Below, piece after piece: positions 25,559 to 35,224 of a DNA stretch of 64,000 bases. The notes under the pieces were generated by a model. It saw nothing but the letters and a program-made list of their open reading frames with translations. It made no database searches and was not told the origin of the DNA. The position numbers and the translations under genes were made by a program. Source of the stretch: Bacteroidales bacterium (GTDB taxonomy: Bacteria > Bacteroidota > Bacteroidia > Bacteroidales > PUMT01); contig SLMM01000014.1 of NCBI GenBank assembly GCA_007133565.1, positions 4,405 through 68,404 of the forward strand, written 5' to 3'. Every line of letters begins with the position of its first letter. Positions within the stretch are counted from its first letter, which is position 1.

Positions 25559-28209
25559 CAGAATGTGAAATTATAGGTAAGGGTCGGCAGGGGCCGTCCG
25601 ATAATATAAAGTTTATACAGGCTGAACAAGTTCTCTCTTGATCCCGTTGTGGCGTCATTTTTCTCGTAGAAAACCGAGTAGGCGTTCTTTCTTGAATAGA
25701 CATTAATTATTGAAAACGTCCAGTACCCTTTTCCGCGCCTGTCGGTCCTCAGGTTTTCCCGGAGCGTCACCGAAAGGTCCAGCCTGTGGTAGTCGGGAAG
25801 TCTGAAGCTGTTGCGGTCAGAATAACGAACCAGCCTGGTGTTGCCATGGTAAAAATAGAGTTCGGGGAGTGTTACCGGTCTGCCGCTGCTGTAGGCAAAT
25901 GTACCCCCTATCACCCACCTCCTTGTAACATTATAGTTGAGGTTAACAGAGAGATCATGGGGTTTATCGTAGTTCGACGGGAAATACTCATTCCGGTTTA
26001 TCTGATCTTCAGGATTTTCGCCGGTTGACTGCCTGACCGAAGAAGAGAGTGTATAGCTTGCCCATCCTGTAAGCCGGCCGCTGTTCTTTCTTGCGAAAAG
26101 CTCAATCCCGTAATTGTGGCCGCGGGCATTTATCAGGTCGGCCTCAAGTGCCTCATTCATGACGATACGGGAACCCTCCCTGTATTCAATCACGTTGTGA
26201 AGTCTTTTATAATAAAGCTCAACCGAGGTTTCAATCATATTGTCGCTGAAATTCCGGAAGTACCCAACTGCATACTGGTCGCTTCGGAGCGGCCTGAGAT
26301 GTGTGTCGCTGAGCTTCCAGATATCGGTGGGGGTCATTACCGATGTATTGGATATCAGGTTGATGTACTGGTGAATTCTGTTATAGCTCAGCTTGATCGA
26401 ACTTTCGCCGTTTATAATGTACCTAAGGCCCAGCCTTGGTTCAAGTCCCCCATAACTCTCATCAACCTCATTGTTCGTGTATTGCAGGGAATCTGTAACG
26501 GTCTCTCCAGGGTACAGGTAGTGTGAGTAACGTATGCCGGCTTCTACTGCAAGTTCAGGCGTGAGGGAGAAATTGTCGCTAAGGTAAAGGGCAAGCTCAA
26601 TGCCCCGTTCATTGCTTATCGATCTGGGTAATATGTTTGATTCTGCACCGGCCGGGGCCAGTGTTCCCGGGTTAATATCATAGTGAATTGCGTTAAAACC
26701 GAATTCAATATTGTGAGAGGTATTCGGGAAATACATGAAATTGCTCTTCAGGCTGTAATAATTCACCTCTGAGTCAAGGCTGTATGCCTCAAAAGGTTTT
26801 TCTGCTTCGTTTTCGGTTACATTGTACTCATATTTGCTGAAGCCTGCATTTATGCTGAATGAAAGCTTATCTCCGGCAATTGAGTTAAACCTTGCCGATC
26901 CCAGTGTATTACCGTAGCTGTAATTGGTATTGCCGGCAAATGAGAATTTGTCATAACTGTTATAGCCGAAAAGGGTAAGGGAGTTTTTTGCGTTGAACGA
27001 GACTGAGAATGTGCCGGTAAGGTCATAAAAACCCGCTGAACTGTTCATCAGGTCATCGTCGGGTATCCTTCCCAGCAGCCAGTCCGACCAGGAAGATCGT
27101 GCTCCTGCTGAAAGCCGGACCTTGTCTGTAAAGACAGGAGTCTTGAAATGCATCCTGCTGTTCAGCAGTCCGATTCCGCCGGTAAGGTTTGTGCCGGCCA
27201 CCTCTTCAGGCCTTATCCTGATATCCATGACCGATGATGCCCTTTCGCCGTACCGTGCAGGTATGCCCGCCTTTGTCATGGTGACACTGGTAACCATATC
27301 GGGATTTACAACAGATGTCAGTCCGAAAAGATGCGAGGAGTTAAAAAGCGGTACCTCCTCGATCAGTACCAGGTTCTGGTCGGCGCTCCCCCCCCTTACG
27401 TGGAACCCGCTGCCGAACTCCCCCACAGTCTGGATGCCGGGTAAAAGGCTCATGCTTCTTATAATGTCCTGCTCTCCCAGCGTACCCGGAAGCTCGCTTA
27501 TCATTCCCCGGTCGAGGTTGATCATGCTCATCCGGGTACGGGTAATGTTTGCTTCGGCTCTTTGAGCCATGATGGTGACTTCATCCAGCTGCATCGATTC
27601 CTCAAAAAGCTCAAAATCATGGCTTCCAGGCCCATATACCATAACCCGCCGGCTTGTTGTCTCGTAACCGATAAAGCTTATGGTGATACGGTGTTCTCCC
27701 GGGGGGAGTGACAGAGAAAATTCTCCCTGACGTCCTGCCGGGACTCCTGACCCAGTTCTTTCACTGTAAATAACTGCGCCGGTCAGAGGTTCTCCGGTTT
27801 GTCCGTCACTTATCACACCTGACAGGACTGCAGAGGAATGTCTGCCGTATTCAAAGGGATCGCCGACGGATATCATATGTTCATCATACAGTTTATGCCT
27901 GCCATGATGTTCTGTTGCCGGCGCAAGCACAAAATAATCGTCAATCCTGAATACTGTAAGGTTGGTTTCAAGGGAGATAAGTGTTATTACCCTCTCCAGG
28001 GGCAGATCAAGCATCTTCTCATCGACCGTGAAGTTTGAAATCCATTCGTCCCTGCAGAATACCCTGATTGAATATTTTTCTTCCAGTGCATTTAGAAGAT
28101 TTCTGGCAGGGGGTGCTCCCGTCCGGGTAAGTTCCTGCCCGTAAGTGCCAGAGGGTACTGTGATTTGTAAAAGAAGCAGGATAATGACAGCTTCAATCAG
28201 AACCTTCAT
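25558..28209 (-). CDS. TonB-dependent receptor with STN-like N-terminal extension and a carboxypeptidase-regulatory-like domain
   Basis: 883 aa. Signal peptide; N-terminal LLNALEEKYSIRVFCRD...LERVITLISLETNLTVFRIDDYFVLAP (STN/FecR-partner-like pattern); VISDGQTGEPLTGAVIY...GEFSLSLPPGEHRITISFIGYE (CarboxypepD_reg). Plug region and a long beta-barrel ending LTYNFTF. Confidence 0.85.
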   Translation of the reverse strand: MKVLIEAVIILLLLQITVPSGTYGQELTRTGAPPARNLLNALEEKYSIRVFCRDEWISNFTVDEKMLDLPLERVITLISLETNLTVFRIDDYFVLAPATEHHGRHKLYDEHMISVGDPFEYGRHSSAVLSGVISDGQTGEPLTGAVIYSERTGSGVPAGRQGEFSLSLPPGEHRITISFIGYETTSRRVMVYGPGSHDFELFEESMQLDEVTIMAQRAEANITRTRMSMINLDRGMISELPGTLGEQDIIRSMSLLPGIQTVGEFGSGFHVRGGSADQNLVLIEEVPLFNSSHLFGLTSVVNPDMVTSVTMTKAGIPARYGERASSVMDIRIRPEEVAGTNLTGGIGLLNSRMHFKTPVFTDKVRLSAGARSSWSDWLLGRIPDDDLMNSSAGFYDLTGTFSVSFNAKNSLTLFGYNSYDKFSFAGNTNYSYGNTLGSARFNSIAGDKLSFSINAGFSKYEYNVTENEAEKPFEAYSLDSEVNYYSLKSNFMYFPNTSHNIEFGFNAIHYDINPGTLAPAGAESNILPRSISNERGIELALYLSDNFSLTPELAVEAGIRYSHYLYPGETVTDSLQYTNNEVDESYGGLEPRLGLRYIINGESSIKLSYNRIHQYINLISNTSVMTPTDIWKLSDTHLRPLRSDQYAVGYFRNFSDNMIETSVELYYKRLHNVIEYREGSRIVMNEALEADLINARGHNYGIELFARKNSGRLTGWASYTLSSSVRQSTGENPEDQINRNEYFPSNYDKPHDLSVNLNYNVTRRWVIGGTFAYSSGRPVTLPELYFYHGNTRLVRYSDRNSFRLPDYHRLDLSVTLRENLRTDRRGKGYWTFSIINVYSRKNAYSVFYEKNDATTGSRENLFSLYKLYIIGRPLPTLTYNFTF
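27388..27395 (-). repeat. G8 homopolymer (coding strand) inside the TonB-dependent receptor gene
   Basis: The plus strand shows CCCCCCCC. It encodes R-G-G in HVRGGSADQ. Confidence 0.9.
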
Positions 28210-28307
28210 AAATATATAAGGGTAAAATTGTTTTACAGGGCAGGGTGGACAAATCTAATAAAAAAAACAACGTTACCTGCTAAAAAACTCAAATTTTACG
28301 GGCATTT

Positions 28308-28970
28308 TCAACGACTGACAAAAAAGTAGCTGACCTTTGACCGGCCGTCATCATAAGTATATATTTTTTTCCCGGGGTATGATGTCATGAAATTTAACAT
28401 GGCAAAATCGCCTATGCACATGGTGCTGTGCATGAACAATGCCACCAGTGAGGTCCATTGGATAAAAGGCTGACCCCATATTATCCCGGAAGTGAATACG
28501 AGGTTTATTAAAATGAATGGAAAAAGCGCCACTACCAGAAAATCATACCTTCCGGCAACAAATCCCGGGGCGCTGGCATAGAAAATCATTTGCCTTAAGT
28601 CCATTCCGTACTTTATTTTCTTAGCACCTGCCAGCCGGTATGCCAGTCCGTGCAACCCCTCATGAAAAGGTATTACCAGCAGAACCCCAACTGCTGTTCC
28701 GGCAAACAGTCCCCCCAAAAACGTTCGCCATGGCATGAAGGTGTTGATTATATTGGCAGCGGTTATTGCAACTATCATTAGCAGCAGGGCAGCGGTAAAA
28801 AGATAAAAGATCAGCATCGGCCATCTGACATGTTTAAGCTCGCCAATCACAAATTCTGCAATTTCACTGTGGCTCAGTTCTCCTACAAGTTGAAAGTTAT
28901 CCGGTTGGTGCAGTTGTTCTATTTCAGGTTTTCCGGTTTCAGACATCTCCCGGTTTTTGGTTATCAGCAT
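28308..28970 (-). CDS. DUF3267-like membrane protein (putative zincin peptidase, HExxH)
   Basis: 220 aa with several TM helices. HEGLH motif (PFHEGLHGLAYRL) in the position typical of DUF3267. Confidence 0.65.
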   Translation of the reverse strand: MLITKNREMSETGKPEIEQLHQPDNFQLVGELSHSEIAEFVIGELKHVRWPMLIFYLFTAALLLMIVAITAANIINTFMPWRTFLGGLFAGTAVGVLLVIPFHEGLHGLAYRLAGAKKIKYGMDLRQMIFYASAPGFVAGRYDFLVVALFPFILINLVFTSGIIWGQPFIQWTSLVALFMHSTMCIGDFAMLNFMTSYPGKKIYTYDDGRSKVSYFFVSR

Positions 28971-29076
28971 TATTAAGGGTGTGACTTAAATAAAGGCAAA
29001 AATATCAAAACCTTTTTACATCCAAACCAGGTGACAATTAATTTGCCAAACAGTTTTTTACATAAGTTAAAAAGAA

Positions 29077-29084
29077 TAATTTTG
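29077..29084 (+). promoter_or_regulatory. -7 box TAATTTTG upstream of gpmI
   Basis: Matches TAnnTTTG, 33 nt before the ATG at 29117. Confidence 0.45.
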
Positions 29085-29116
29085 CAGGATATTTTTTTAA
29101 ATGAGTATAAAACATT

Positions 29117-30640
29117 ATGGAAAACAAGAAAACAATACTGATAATACTCGATGGCTGGGGAATTGGCGACAAATCCCGCTCCGATCTTATTCACAATTCC
29201 GATACTCCGGTCATGGACGGACTGTCTCATAAATATCCTTCATCAAGCCTGCTTGCATCGGGCGAGAATGTGGGTCTTCCTGAGGGGCAGATGGGCAATT
29301 CCGAAGTCGGTCACCTCAACATCGGGGCAGGGCGAAAGGTATACCAGGATCTGGTAAAGATTAACCTTGCAATTGAAGATAACAGCATTTCTGGCAACCC
29401 GGTCCTTAAAGAGGCCATGAACTATGCAAAGGATAACAGTAAGGCTGTTCATTTTCTGGGACTTGTAAGTGACGGAGGGGTGCATTCATCCGACAAGCAC
29501 CTGTATAAACTTTGTGATATTACCGGCGAATACGGGCTGAAGGATGTCTTTGTCCATGCCTTTACCGACGGGCGCGACACCGATCCGAAAAGTGGTTACG
29601 GCTTTATTCGGGATCTGCAGGAGCATCTTGACCAATCAAACGGAAAGATCGCCTCACTGGTAGGAAGGTATTATGCAATGGACAGGGATAAACGGTGGGA
29701 GAGGATCAAGGTTGCCTATGATCTGCTTGTACACGGCAAGGGTAAGGAGTCGGCCGATATTATAAAATCAATCAAAGAGTCTTATGATGACGGCGTTACC
29801 GATGAGTTCATAAAACCAATTGTTATGGTTGATGGTTCGGGAGAGCCGGTTGGTAAGATAAAGCCCGGAGATGTGGTAATTTGCTTCAACTTCCGGACAG
29901 ACAGGCTGAGGGAGATAACAATGGCTCTTACCCAAAAGGATTTTCCCGATCATGATATGAAAACAATGCCACTCCATTATATCACCATGACCAGGTACGA
30001 TGACACTTTCAAAGGGGTTAAAATACTTTTCGACAAGGATAATCTCACCAATACAATGGGTGAGATAGTATCCCGGGCCGGCTTTAAGCAACTGCGTATA
30101 GCTGAAACGGAAAAATACGGCCATGTTACCTTCTTTTTCTCCGGAGGGCGTGAGGATGAATTCGAGAATGAGGACCGGATACTGATACCCTCCCCTAAGG
30201 TTGCCACATATGACCTGAAACCGGAGATGAGCGCACCCGAGGTCACCAGGGCAATTGTTTCAGAGTTAAACAAAAAGAAGTATGACTTTATATGCCTCAA
30301 TTTCGCAAACTGCGACATGGTTGGCCATTCAGGTGATTATGACGCTATAAGGAAGGCAGTCGAAACGGTGGATCATTGCGTGGGTGATGTTGTAGAGGCA
30401 GCAGCAGGCAATGGCTATGAATGTATGATAATAGCCGACCATGGCAATGCTGATTTTGCACTTAACCCTGATGGATCCATTAATACTGCCCATTCTCTTA
30501 ACCCGGTGCCATGCATAGTAGTATCAGACAGATACACCAATGTTGAAAAGGGAATTCTTGCCGATGTCGCTCCCACGTTACTTCACATGATGGGATTGAC
30601 CCCACCGGAGGAGATGACAGGAACAGTACTTGTGAAATGA
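29117..30640 (+). CDS. gpmI: 2,3-bisphosphoglycerate-independent phosphoglycerate mutase
   Basis: 507 aa. [40 protein letters not shown]. Confidence 0.95.
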   Translation: MENKKTILIILDGWGIGDKSRSDLIHNSDTPVMDGLSHKYPSSSLLASGENVGLPEGQMGNSEVGHLNIGAGRKVYQDLVKINLAIEDNSISGNPVLKEAMNYAKDNSKAVHFLGLVSDGGVHSSDKHLYKLCDITGEYGLKDVFVHAFTDGRDTDPKSGYGFIRDLQEHLDQSNGKIASLVGRYYAMDRDKRWERIKVAYDLLVHGKGKESADIIKSIKESYDDGVTDEFIKPIVMVDGSGEPVGKIKPGDVVICFNFRTDRLREITMALTQKDFPDHDMKTMPLHYITMTRYDDTFKGVKILFDKDNLTNTMGEIVSRAGFKQLRIAETEKYGHVTFFFSGGREDEFENEDRILIPSPKVATYDLKPEMSAPEVTRAIVSELNKKKYDFICLNFANCDMVGHSGDYDAIRKAVETVDHCVGDVVEAAAGNGYECMIIADHGNADFALNPDGSINTAHSLNPVPCIVVSDRYTNVEKGILADVAPTLLHMMGLTPPEEMTGTVLVK

Positions 30641-31224
30641 CAGATATGCTTCAGATCGGCAACAAGGTGGTTGGATTGTCACTGCTGGAGGAAAAATTTT
30701 TATGCGACCTTCAAAAGTGCAAGGGTGCCTGCTGCGTCCAGGGCGATGCAGGTGCACCGCTGCTGGATGAGGAGCTGCCGGTTCTTGACAGCCTGTTTCC
30801 GGTCCTCAGACCATACCTGCGTGGGGAAGCTGTTTCGGCTGTTAAAGAAGCGGGGATGTACGTAACTGACCCCAGTGACGGTGAAAAAGTAACCCCCCTG
30901 CTAAATGGCAGGGAGTGTGTTTACGCCGTATTTGAAGAAGGTGTTGCAAGGTGTGCGATTGAGAAGGCCTGGTTTGACGGTGTAATTACATTCAGAAAAC
31001 CGGTGTCCTGCCATCTTTATCCTATAAGGGTTAAGGAGTATGAACATTTTACTGCGGTAAACTATGATCGCTGGCCTGTCTGCAGTCCCGCAATCCCCAA
31101 AGGCCGAAAGCACGATTTACCGGTATTTGTTTTCTGCAGGGAGGCCCTGATAAGAAGGTTCGGCGCGGAGTTTTACAGAGAGATGGAAACGGCAGCCGCT
31201 ACTTTTTCTGAAGGAGCCCGGTAA
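30637..31224 (+). CDS. DUF3109-family Cys-rich protein
   Basis: 195 aa. [20 protein letters not shown] and later conserved Cys residues. Its ATG overlaps the gpmI stop (ATGA). Confidence 0.7.
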   Translation: MTDMLQIGNKVVGLSLLEEKFLCDLQKCKGACCVQGDAGAPLLDEELPVLDSLFPVLRPYLRGEAVSAVKEAGMYVTDPSDGEKVTPLLNGRECVYAVFEEGVARCAIEKAWFDGVITFRKPVSCHLYPIRVKEYEHFTAVNYDRWPVCSPAIPKGRKHDLPVFVFCREALIRRFGAEFYREMETAAATFSEGAR

Positions 31225-31320
31225 CCATTTCAGAAAATGATATGAGAGGTCTTAATATTTAATATTATATTACCGGTTGTTTCTTTTATTCCACATCTAA
31301 TTTTTTAAACAAGCAGTATT

Positions 31321-32691
31321 ATGGAAAAACTCAATGCTTTCATAGAAGAGAACAAGGACCGTTTTATCGAAGAACTTTTCGGGCTCATCCGGATCCCGTC
31401 GGTCAGCTCAAAAAGTGAGCACAAGCCTGATATGCAGAGTGCCACCGAGTACATCAAAAAGTCACTTCTGGAGGCAGGTGCAGATATGGCTGAGGTTATA
31501 CCCACTGACGGCCATCCTGTCGTTTATGCTGAAAAGATAATCGATCCGTCACTTCCTGTAGTGATGGTTTACGGGCATTATGATGTGCAGCCTGCTGAGC
31601 CCCTCGAATTGTGGAAATCGCCTCCCTTTGAGCCGGAGATACGAGACGGTAAAATATGGGGGCGCGGCGCCGATGACGACAAGGGGCAGCTCTTTATGCA
31701 TGTCAAGGCTTTTGAATATCTGGTAAATAATGATAAGTTGCCCTGCAATGTTAAGTTCATGATCGAAGGTGAAGAGGAAATTGGGTCGCCAAGCCTGGGA
31801 AAGTTCTGCGAGGCCAACTCAGATAAACTCAAATGTGACGTAATACTGGTTTCCGACACCGCCATGATAGGCCGTGATGCACCTTCCATTACTACAGGCT
31901 TGCGGGGATTGAGCTACATGGAGGTAGAGGTTACCGGACCCAATCGTGACCTGCATTCCGGGCTTTACGGCGGGGCAGTTGTTAACCCGGTAAATGTTCT
32001 GGCAAAGATGATCGCGTCGCTCACCGATGAAAATAACCGGATCACCATACCTGGTTTTTATGATGATGTCATTGAAGCCAGTGATGAGGAGAGAAAAGGG
32101 ATGGCAAACGCCCCCTTCGATGAAGAGCAATATAAAAAGGAGATAGATGTTGATAACCTTGGAGGTGAAGCCGGGTACTCTACCCTGGAGAGGACGGGCA
32201 TAAGGCCTTCACTCGATGTCAACGGCATATGGGGAGGATATACAGGTGAGGGGGCCAAAACAATACTGCCTTCAAAGGCATATGCAAAGATTTCTATGCG
32301 GCTTGTCCCAAACCAGGATTACAGGAAGGTTGATGAGATGTTCAAATCGCATTTTGAATCGATAGCGCCTCCGGGTGTCAGGGTAAACGCAAAGCTGCTT
32401 CACGGAGGCCAGGGATATGTTTCACCGATAGACCATCCTGCCTACAGAGCAGCAAGCAAGGCTTATGAAGACACCTTCGGCAAGAAGCCCATACCTTACA
32501 GGAGCGGCGGAAGCATTCCTATAATAAGCCTTTTTGAGAAAATCCTCGGTGTGAAATCCATACTGATGGGATTCGGACTTGAGAGTGATGCTATCCATTC
32601 TCCAAACGAGAATTACCCCCTATGGAATTTTTATAAAGGGATCGAAACAATTCCGCTGTTTTACAAATATTATGCTGAAGAGATGAAGTAG
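31321..32691 (+). CDS. M20-family dipeptidase/metallohydrolase
   Basis: 456 aa. YGHYDVQPA, WGRGADDDKGQ, IEGEEEIGS and a C-terminal HSPNE. Confidence 0.85.
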   Translation: MEKLNAFIEENKDRFIEELFGLIRIPSVSSKSEHKPDMQSATEYIKKSLLEAGADMAEVIPTDGHPVVYAEKIIDPSLPVVMVYGHYDVQPAEPLELWKSPPFEPEIRDGKIWGRGADDDKGQLFMHVKAFEYLVNNDKLPCNVKFMIEGEEEIGSPSLGKFCEANSDKLKCDVILVSDTAMIGRDAPSITTGLRGLSYMEVEVTGPNRDLHSGLYGGAVVNPVNVLAKMIASLTDENNRITIPGFYDDVIEASDEERKGMANAPFDEEQYKKEIDVDNLGGEAGYSTLERTGIRPSLDVNGIWGGYTGEGAKTILPSKAYAKISMRLVPNQDYRKVDEMFKSHFESIAPPGVRVNAKLLHGGQGYVSPIDHPAYRAASKAYEDTFGKKPIPYRSGGSIPIISLFEKILGVKSILMGFGLESDAIHSPNENYPLWNFYKGIETIPLFYKYYAEEMK

Positions 32692-32725
32692 GCAGCTTGC
32701 TTCTGCATTTATGATATTCGGCTTC

Positions 32726-32758
32726 AGGCCGGCATTCTTCGGGGTGCCGGCTTATTTA
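32726..32758 (+). terminator. Intrinsic terminator after the M20 peptidase gene
   Basis: GCCGGCA-ttcttcgggg-TGCCGGC followed by TTATTT. Confidence 0.7.
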
Positions 32759-32802
32759 TGCTCAGGTATTCAAAAATATGTTTTTAAAATGTATTAGGAT
32801 AT

Positions 32803-32868
32803 AAAAATAGGGGGGTGTATTACAAATAAAGTAAAAAAATATAAAAATAGATCAAAAAATAGGGGGGT
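32803..32868 (+). repeat. Exact 14-mer direct repeat AAAAATAGGGGGGT (x2, 52 nt apart) upstream of the glutamine synthetase gene
   Basis: Copies at 32803-32816 and 32855-32868. A partial third copy (ATAAAAATAG) is at 32841-32850. Confidence 0.85.
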
Positions 32869-32884
32869 ATAATAAAATAAATAA

Positions 32885-32892
32885 TATATTTG
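32885..32892 (+). promoter_or_regulatory. -7 box TATATTTG for the glutamine synthetase gene
   Basis: Perfect TAnnTTTG, 40 nt before the ATG at 32932. It overlaps the TTG that the ORF track used as a start. Confidence 0.5.
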
Positions 32893-32931
32893 TGTCGAAA
32901 AATAAATATTATAACTTTAAAACAACCGCTT

Positions 32932-35121
32932 ATGGGTACACTTCGTTTCAGTGCAGTGGAAAAAGCAATTACCAGGCACCCCCAGGAGGTCAGATTTCCG
33001 GCCGCCAAAACCTCCGAATATTTTGGAGTAAATGTTTTCACGAAAAAGAAAATGCAGGAATACCTTTCCCAGGAAGCTTTCAACAGCGTAATGGATGCAA
33101 TTGAGCGTGGAACAAAGGTCGACCGGAAAGTGTCCAACCAGGTAGCTTCAGGCATGAAGGCATGGGCCATTGACAAAGGCGCTACTCACTACACTCACTG
33201 GTTCCATCCCTTAACCGGGGCAACGGCTGAAAAACATGACGCCTTTTTTGAGCCGGCATCTGATGCATCGGTAATTGAGAATTTTGACGGCGGGAAACTG
33301 GTCCAGCAGGAACCCGATGCTTCAAGTCTTCCCAGCGGAGGGATGAGAAATACTTTTGAAGCCCGCGGCTATACTGCATGGGACCCCTCATCGCCTGCAT
33401 ACGTAATGGGCAGTACCCTCTGCATACCTTCCGTATATGTATCTTTCAAGGGAGATTCACTTGATTACAAGACTCCTTTGCTGAAATCAATCGAAGCAGT
33501 TGACAAGGCAGCGGTTGAGCTTTGCAACTATTTTGACAAGAATGTTACCAGGGTTAATGTCGGACTGGGATGTGAGCAGGAGTATTTTCTTGTTGATGAT
33601 GCGCTTTTCAATGCACGGCCCGACCTGAAACTGACTGACCGTACACTCATGGGGCACTCTTCAGCCAAGGATCAGCAGCTGGCTGACCATTATTTCGGGT
33701 ATATACCAATGAGGGTTTCGGCATTTATGCGTGAATTCGAGATAGAGGCATATAAGCTCGGAATACCGGTCAAGACGCGTCACAACGAGGTAGCTCCGAA
33801 CCAGTACGAATGTGCACCGGTTTTTGAGGAGGTTAACCTTGCAGTTGATCATAACCAGCTTTTGATGACCATAATGAAGCAGGTGGCCAAAAGGCATAAT
33901 TTCAAGGTCCTGTTCCATGAAAAACCCTATAAGGATGTAAATGGTTCAGGAAAGCACTGCAACTGGTCACTCATTACCGACACAGGTGTTAATCTTTTTG
34001 CACCGGGAAAGACACCTAAAACGAACATGCTTTTCCTATCCTTTTTTGTCTCGGTAATTAAGGGAGTATACGAATACCAGGACCTGCTCAGGTCAAGTAT
34101 AGTATCTCTCGGCAATGAGCACAGGCTTGGTGCAGCAGAGGCGCCTCCGGCAATAATGTCGGTTTTCCTGGGTGAGGAGATGAACAAGGTTCTTGATGAG
34201 ATTGAGACCAGGGTTTCCGGTAAAAAGATGAGCCCGGATGAAAAAACCGAGCTCAAGCTAGATGTCGGCAAGATCCCTGAGATAATGCCCGACAATACCG
34301 ACCGTAACAGAACTTCGCCGTTTGCTTTTACCGGTAACCGCTTTGAGTTCCGTGCAGTAGGATCCTCCACCAATGTTGCATCACCCATGACTGCCCTTAA
34401 TGCAATTGTTGCCAGGCAGCTGAATGAATTCAGGAGGGAGGTTGACACATTAACGGAAAAAGGGGTCAAAAAGGATGAAGCGATTTTCCAGGTTATAAAA
34501 AAGTTCATTGTTGCATCAAAAAAGGTGAGGTTTGACGGTAACAACTATTCCGAAGAGTGGAAAGAGGAAGCTGCCAAAAGAGGGTTGACAAATATTGACG
34601 ATGTTCTTGAGGCGCTTTCTGCAATAGTTTCTGATAAGGCAAAGTCTCTTTATGAAGAAATGAAGGTTTTTTCGGCCCGTGAACTGCACGCACGCCTTGA
34701 AATTGATATTGAAAAGTATACCAAGAAACTGCAGATCGAGGCACGGGTGCTTGGAGACCTTTCCATTAACCATATACTACCTACAGTTTACAAGTATCAG
34801 AACGTACTAATCGAAAATGTGAAGGGGCTGAAAGAGCTGTTTGCCGAAAAAGATTTCGATAAGCTGGCAGGTACACAGCTGGCGTCAATAAGGGAGATAT
34901 CAAGCCGCGCCGCTATGGTTAACATCAAGGTAAACAATATGATAGACGAGCGAAGAAAGGCAAATGTTATTGAGGATATTGGAGAAAAAGCCAGGTTGTA
35001 TGCAGATAATGTCAGACCCTACCTCGATGAGATACGGTATCAGATCGATCACCTTGAAATGATTGTGGATGATGAGCTCTGGCCGCTTCCCAAGTACCGG
35101 GAGCTGCTTTTTATAAGGTAA
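32932..35121 (+). CDS. glnN: Glutamine synthetase type III
   Basis: 729 aa from the ATG at 32932, the usual GSIII length. Opens MGTLRFSAVEKAITR, then YFGVNVF, THYTHWFHPLTG, NEVAPNQYE and GSGKHCNWS. Confidence 0.9.
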   Translation: MGTLRFSAVEKAITRHPQEVRFPAAKTSEYFGVNVFTKKKMQEYLSQEAFNSVMDAIERGTKVDRKVSNQVASGMKAWAIDKGATHYTHWFHPLTGATAEKHDAFFEPASDASVIENFDGGKLVQQEPDASSLPSGGMRNTFEARGYTAWDPSSPAYVMGSTLCIPSVYVSFKGDSLDYKTPLLKSIEAVDKAAVELCNYFDKNVTRVNVGLGCEQEYFLVDDALFNARPDLKLTDRTLMGHSSAKDQQLADHYFGYIPMRVSAFMREFEIEAYKLGIPVKTRHNEVAPNQYECAPVFEEVNLAVDHNQLLMTIMKQVAKRHNFKVLFHEKPYKDVNGSGKHCNWSLITDTGVNLFAPGKTPKTNMLFLSFFVSVIKGVYEYQDLLRSSIVSLGNEHRLGAAEAPPAIMSVFLGEEMNKVLDEIETRVSGKKMSPDEKTELKLDVGKIPEIMPDNTDRNRTSPFAFTGNRFEFRAVGSSTNVASPMTALNAIVARQLNEFRREVDTLTEKGVKKDEAIFQVIKKFIVASKKVRFDGNNYSEEWKEEAAKRGLTNIDDVLEALSAIVSDKAKSLYEEMKVFSARELHARLEIDIEKYTKKLQIEARVLGDLSINHILPTVYKYQNVLIENVKGLKELFAEKDFDKLAGTQLASIREISSRAAMVNIKVNNMIDERRKANVIEDIGEKARLYADNVRPYLDEIRYQIDHLEMIVDDELWPLPKYRELLFIR

Positions 35122-35155
35122 GATAAAGGTTAGGTTGGTTTTTTTCTTTTGTGAC

Positions 35156-35190
35156 AATCCGGGACAATATAATTTGTCCCGGATTTGTTC
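35156..35190 (+). terminator. Intrinsic terminator after the glutamine synthetase gene
   Basis: Perfect 12-bp stem AATCCGGGACAA-tataat-TTGTCCCGGATT followed by a T-rich tail. Confidence 0.8.
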
Positions 35191-35224
35191 TATTTAAAAA
35201 TTTTCTACATTTACAAAAATACAA

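Noticed and set aside
28973-29230. An 85-aa minus-strand ORF overlapping the gpmI start and promoter.
   Set aside because: It spans the AT-rich promoter and the first codons of gpmI. The peptide is low-complexity and Lys/Phe/Ile-rich, with no start context or motif.
32890-32931. N-terminal extensions offered by the ORF track: GS-III from a TTG at 32890, pyrF from 44833, the PurM-like gene from 42494, pcm from 60178, and the 59083 gene from a GTG at 60039.
   Set aside because: The extensions start at non-ATG codons. They add non-conserved residues, overlap upstream genes or contain the TAnnTTTG -7 box itself. Internal ATGs give canonical N-termini and lengths.
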